DNA from: Vulcanimicrobiales bacterium
GTDB lineage: Bacteria > Vulcanimicrobiota > Vulcanimicrobiia > Vulcanimicrobiales > Vulcanimicrobiaceae
DNA: 64,000 nucleotides
NCBI GenBank assembly: GCA_038231455.1
Contig: JBBRLI010000001.1
Span: 96,001 to 160,000 of the forward strand
Reading direction: 5' to 3'
Positions within the stretch are counted from its first letter, which is position 1. Every line of letters starts with the position of its first letter. This document shows positions 60,879 to 64,000 of this stretch, piece by piece. The notes below the pieces were generated by a model, which saw only the letters and a program-made list of their open reading frames with translations, had not been told where the DNA came from and made no database searches. A program made the translations under genes and the position numbers.

Positions 60879-62432
60879 ATGGATAACGGGCCGGGATTTT
60901 TGCCGCACGGAATGTGTTTTCTGTGGGATCCGCGCGTACTCTCGCTCCATGTGATCTCCGATGCGCTTACGGCGATCGCATATTTTTCGATCCCGGTCGT
61001 CTTGATCTGGTTCGCGCGCACGCGCGGCGACCTGCCTTTCCGCAGCGTCTTTATCATGTTTGGCCTGTTCATCGTTGCATGCGGAACGACGCACGTGCTT
61101 TCGATTTGGACGATTTGGCACCCGGACTACTGGCTCTCGGGGTGGGTGAAAGCGCTCACGGCAACGGCCTCGGTCGCGACCGCCATCATCTTAGTGCCAC
61201 TGGTCCCGCGAGCTCTCAAGCTGCGCAGTCCACGTGAACTCGATCAACTCAACATCGCACTGCAACGCTCGCTCGATGAAAAAGACGAACTGCTCGTGCG
61301 TTACCGGCGCGAGCACTTCATCGCCGACACCTTTCAAAGCGCGTCGCTTGCCGCGCATCTGCCGACGGTCGATGGAATCACGTTCGATGCCGTGTATCAA
61401 GCCGGAACGAGCGATCTCGAAGTCGGCGGCGACTGGTACGACGCCTTTCGCTTAGGCGACGGACGGATCGTGATCTCGATCGGCGACGTCGCGGGAAGCG
61501 GCCTCGGCGCGGCGGTGACGATGGGCAGGATGCGTCAAGCGATTCGCGTCGCCGCGCAAATTCAAGTCGAACCCGGCGCCATTCTCACCGCCGCCGATCG
61601 CGCGCTGCGTGCCGAAGAACCCGACCGCATCGTCACGGCGTTTGTGGGCGTGATCGACAACGTGGATGGCACGCTTGCGTATGCATCTGCCGGGCATCCG
61701 GCGCCGCTGTTGCGCCGAGCCGACGGCACGATCGTCGAATTGACGCTCGGTTCGTTGCCGCTCGGACTACGCGAACGCTCGGATGAGGCAAGCGCCACGG
61801 TCGCGCTCGAACCCGGTTCGATTATCGTGCTCTATACCGACGGGTTAACGGAGTCGACGCGCGACGTCATCGAGGGCGAACGCCGCTTACGGGAAGCGCT
61901 CGAGATTCAAGCGGCGGCCGTCTCGGCAAATCCGGCGCGCGAAATTCACGATCTCGTCCTGCATGACGGCGCGCACGATGACGTTGCAATCCTTACGGTG
62001 CGTATTGGAACGACGGCCGTACCCTCCGCGCGGTGGACGCTCGACGTCCGCGATGCCGCCGCCGCAAGCGCGATTCGCGTTGCGATCGTCGCCGAACTCG
62101 TAACGGCCGGAGCGAATACGGAGAGCGCAATGGCAGCCGAACTCGTTTTTAGTGAACTCATCGGCAACGTCGTGCGTCACGCGCCGGGCCGCGCCGAGAT
62201 TCGTCTCGATTGGTCGGGGGGTGCGCCGGTGTTGCACGTGCTCGATGAGGGTCCTGGCTTCCAATACGTCGGCTCACTGCCCAAAGATCTCCTGAGCGAG
62301 AGCGGTCGCGGACTGTTTCTCGTCGGCGCGCTTTCCGATGGGATTTTGGTGTTGCGACGGCCGGGCATCGGGAGCCACGCGCGGGCTATTTTAGCGTTCG
62401 TCAAACGGCCGCTGCGCGCGATGCAAGCGTAA
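60879..62432 (+). CDS. Membrane sensor: ETR1-like ethylene-binding domain + SpoIIE/PP2C phosphatase + RsbW-like HATPase
   Basis: SD..AIAYFSIP and FIVACGTTH in three TM helices; GGDWYD, GDVAG, AGHP, YTDGL, HDD; SELIGNVVRH, DEGPGF, ESGRGL. Confidence 0.9.
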   Translation: MDNGPGFLPHGMCFLWDPRVLSLHVISDALTAIAYFSIPVVLIWFARTRGDLPFRSVFIMFGLFIVACGTTHVLSIWTIWHPDYWLSGWVKALTATASVATAIILVPLVPRALKLRSPRELDQLNIALQRSLDEKDELLVRYRREHFIADTFQSASLAAHLPTVDGITFDAVYQAGTSDLEVGGDWYDAFRLGDGRIVISIGDVAGSGLGAAVTMGRMRQAIRVAAQIQVEPGAILTAADRALRAEEPDRIVTAFVGVIDNVDGTLAYASAGHPAPLLRRADGTIVELTLGSLPLGLRERSDEASATVALEPGSIIVLYTDGLTESTRDVIEGERRLREALEIQAAAVSANPAREIHDLVLHDGAHDDVAILTVRIGTTAVPSARWTLDVRDAAAASAIRVAIVAELVTAGANTESAMAAELVFSELIGNVVRHAPGRAEIRLDWSGGAPVLHVLDEGPGFQYVGSLPKDLLSESGRGLFLVGALSDGILVLRRPGIGSHARAILAFVKRPLRAMQA

Positions 62433-62473
62433 GGGACGAAGGGACGCGCGTGCGCGCGTCCTAATCGCCCGCC

Positions 62474-64000
62474 ATGAGAACTCGCATCGTTTCGATCGCG
62501 CTTGCCTGCGCATTTGCCGTCGCGATTCCGGTCGCCGCACAGGCGCGAATGACTGGGTTCACCGTGTCCTCGCGGACCGATGTGCTCGATGGCAAGCCCT
62601 TTGCCGTCGGCCCATACGAAAAGATCGTTGGGACGGCGACGTTTGCCGACGATCCGAGCGACCCGCACGACCGAGGCGTCGTCGATCTTGGGCTCGCGCC
62701 GCGCGATGCAAACGGCCGTGTCGCCTCGCACGCCGACGTGTATATGCTTGCGCCGAAGAATGGTGAGAACGGCAACGGAAACGTACTGCTCGAGGTCAAT
62801 AATCGCGGCGGCAAAGGGATGCTGCGCTTCTTCAACCACGCCAAAAGCTCGCCGGATCCAACAACGGCGCTTGAGTTCGGCGATACATTCTTACTCGATG
62901 CGGGTTACACGTTGGTATGGGTAGGATGGCAGTGGGACGTGCCCCAGCAGCCCGGCAACATGCGCCTTTACGCGCCGGTCGCAACCGAGCGCGGCAAATC
63001 CATCATGGGCCTCGTCCGCTCGGACTTTACGACAACGAAGCCGATCACCGAACAACCACTCTCGCATCGCGATCATATCGCCTACCCGGTCGCGGATGAA
63101 AACGACCCAGCAAACGTGCTCACGATGCGTGAGGGCGTCGCAAAGCCGCGCACCATTATCCCGCATAGCGCCTGGCGTTTGAACGCCGATCGCACCGCGA
63201 TCGTTGGCAATTTTGTCCCCGGCCACATTTACGAATTCGTTTACCGCGCGAAAGACCCGGTCGTCGATGGCTTGGGGATTACAGCCGTGCGTGATTTCAT
63301 CTCGTATCTGAAATACGACCCGACCGCAATCAAGCACGTTCAGCGCGCCTACGGTTTCGGCATCTCGCAGAGCGGCCGGTTTTTGCGTGACATGCTCTAT
63401 CAAGGGTTCAACACCGATGAGTCCGATCGGCTCGTGTTCGACGGCGTGCTCGCGCACGTCGGCGGCGCGGGCCGCGGCGCGTTCAATCTGCGTTTCGGCC
63501 AGCCTTCACGCGACGGCCCAAGCTTCTCGTCGTTCTTTTATCCAGTCGATCTCTTTCCGTTCACCGACGTCGACGAGAGCGATCCGCTCACCAATGCGGT
63601 CGATGGGTTGCTCACGCATTCGCATGCCGATGCGACCAAAGTCAAAGTGATGTTCACGCACACATCGTACGAATATTACGGACGCGCGGCATCGCTGATG
63701 CACACTTCATCCGACGGATTGCGCGACGTCGAACCGGGCCCAAACGCACGCATCTACTTCTTCTCCGGCGGCATGCATTACGTACCGGCGCTTGGATCGC
63801 GCGATCCGCTCGCGCAGCAGCTGCAAACGCCGAGCGACCACACGTTCGCGATGAAAGCGCTGCTCGTGGATCTCGACCAATGGGTGCGCAACGGAACGGC
63901 GCCGCCTCCGAGCAGCGTGCCGAAAATTGCAAACGGTACGCTCGTGCCGCTCGATAAAATTGCGTGGCCGGCAATTCCGGGCTTCGCGCATACGCCGACC
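62474..64000 (+). CDS. Secreted alpha/beta-hydrolase domain protein (partial, runs off window end)
   Basis: MRTRIVSIALACAFAVAIPVAAQA signal; GPYEKI, EVNNRG, GWQWDV, GISQSGRFL nucleophile elbow; absent from the ORF track because no stop lies in the window. Confidence 0.85.
   Translation, partial: MRTRIVSIALACAFAVAIPVAAQARMTGFTVSSRTDVLDGKPFAVGPYEKIVGTATFADDPSDPHDRGVVDLGLAPRDANGRVASHADVYMLAPKNGENGNGNVLLEVNNRGGKGMLRFFNHAKSSPDPTTALEFGDTFLLDAGYTLVWVGWQWDVPQQPGNMRLYAPVATERGKSIMGLVRSDFTTTKPITEQPLSHRDHIAYPVADENDPANVLTMREGVAKPRTIIPHSAWRLNADRTAIVGNFVPGHIYEFVYRAKDPVVDGLGITAVRDFISYLKYDPTAIKHVQRAYGFGISQSGRFLRDMLYQGFNTDESDRLVFDGVLAHVGGAGRGAFNLRFGQPSRDGPSFSSFFYPVDLFPFTDVDESDPLTNAVDGLLTHSHADATKVKVMFTHTSYEYYGRAASLMHTSSDGLRDVEPGPNARIYFFSGGMHYVPALGSRDPLAQQLQTPSDHTFAMKALLVDLDQWVRNGTAPPPSSVPKIANGTLVPLDKIAWPAIPGFAHTPT

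Overview
64 kb of GC-rich bacterial chromosome with about 60 CDS. I found no rRNA, tRNA, CRISPR array, transposase or integrase. The gene order mixes Firmicutes-like blocks (topA-trmFO-hslVU; GerMN-amidase-murI; def-fmt-rsmB) with an Actinobacteria-like block (fhaA-FHA-PP2C-rodA), alongside MCPs and a probable outer-membrane protein. This would fit a Terrabacteria diderm such as Ca. Eremiobacterota, which is inference only. The left half is mostly lipid/acyl-CoA catabolism: a PadR-led acyl-CoA dehydrogenase/fadB/thiolase operon, three acyl-CoA ligases, a crotonase, a thioesterase, mmsA and gabD. The right half is mostly housekeeping. Best candidates for novelty: (1) a modA-like / MCP / modA-like operon with no permease or ATPase, behind a near-consensus sigma-28 promoter, suggesting oxyanion-binding proteins repurposed for chemotaxis; (2) a one-component sensor that fuses an ETR1-type ethylene-binding domain, with all seven key residues conserved without gaps, to a SpoIIE/PP2C phosphatase and an RsbW-like HATPase; (3) fmt apparently starting at CTG; (4) a degenerate PP2C in a kinase-less FHA/RodA operon; (5) a two-gene secreted-protein cassette with a multi-hairpin leader between hslU and def; (6) a histone H1-like repeat protein divergent from topA; (7) decayed XRE/RelE and fatty-acid-hydroxylase remnants. 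All family calls come from reading motifs by eye; no database searches were run.
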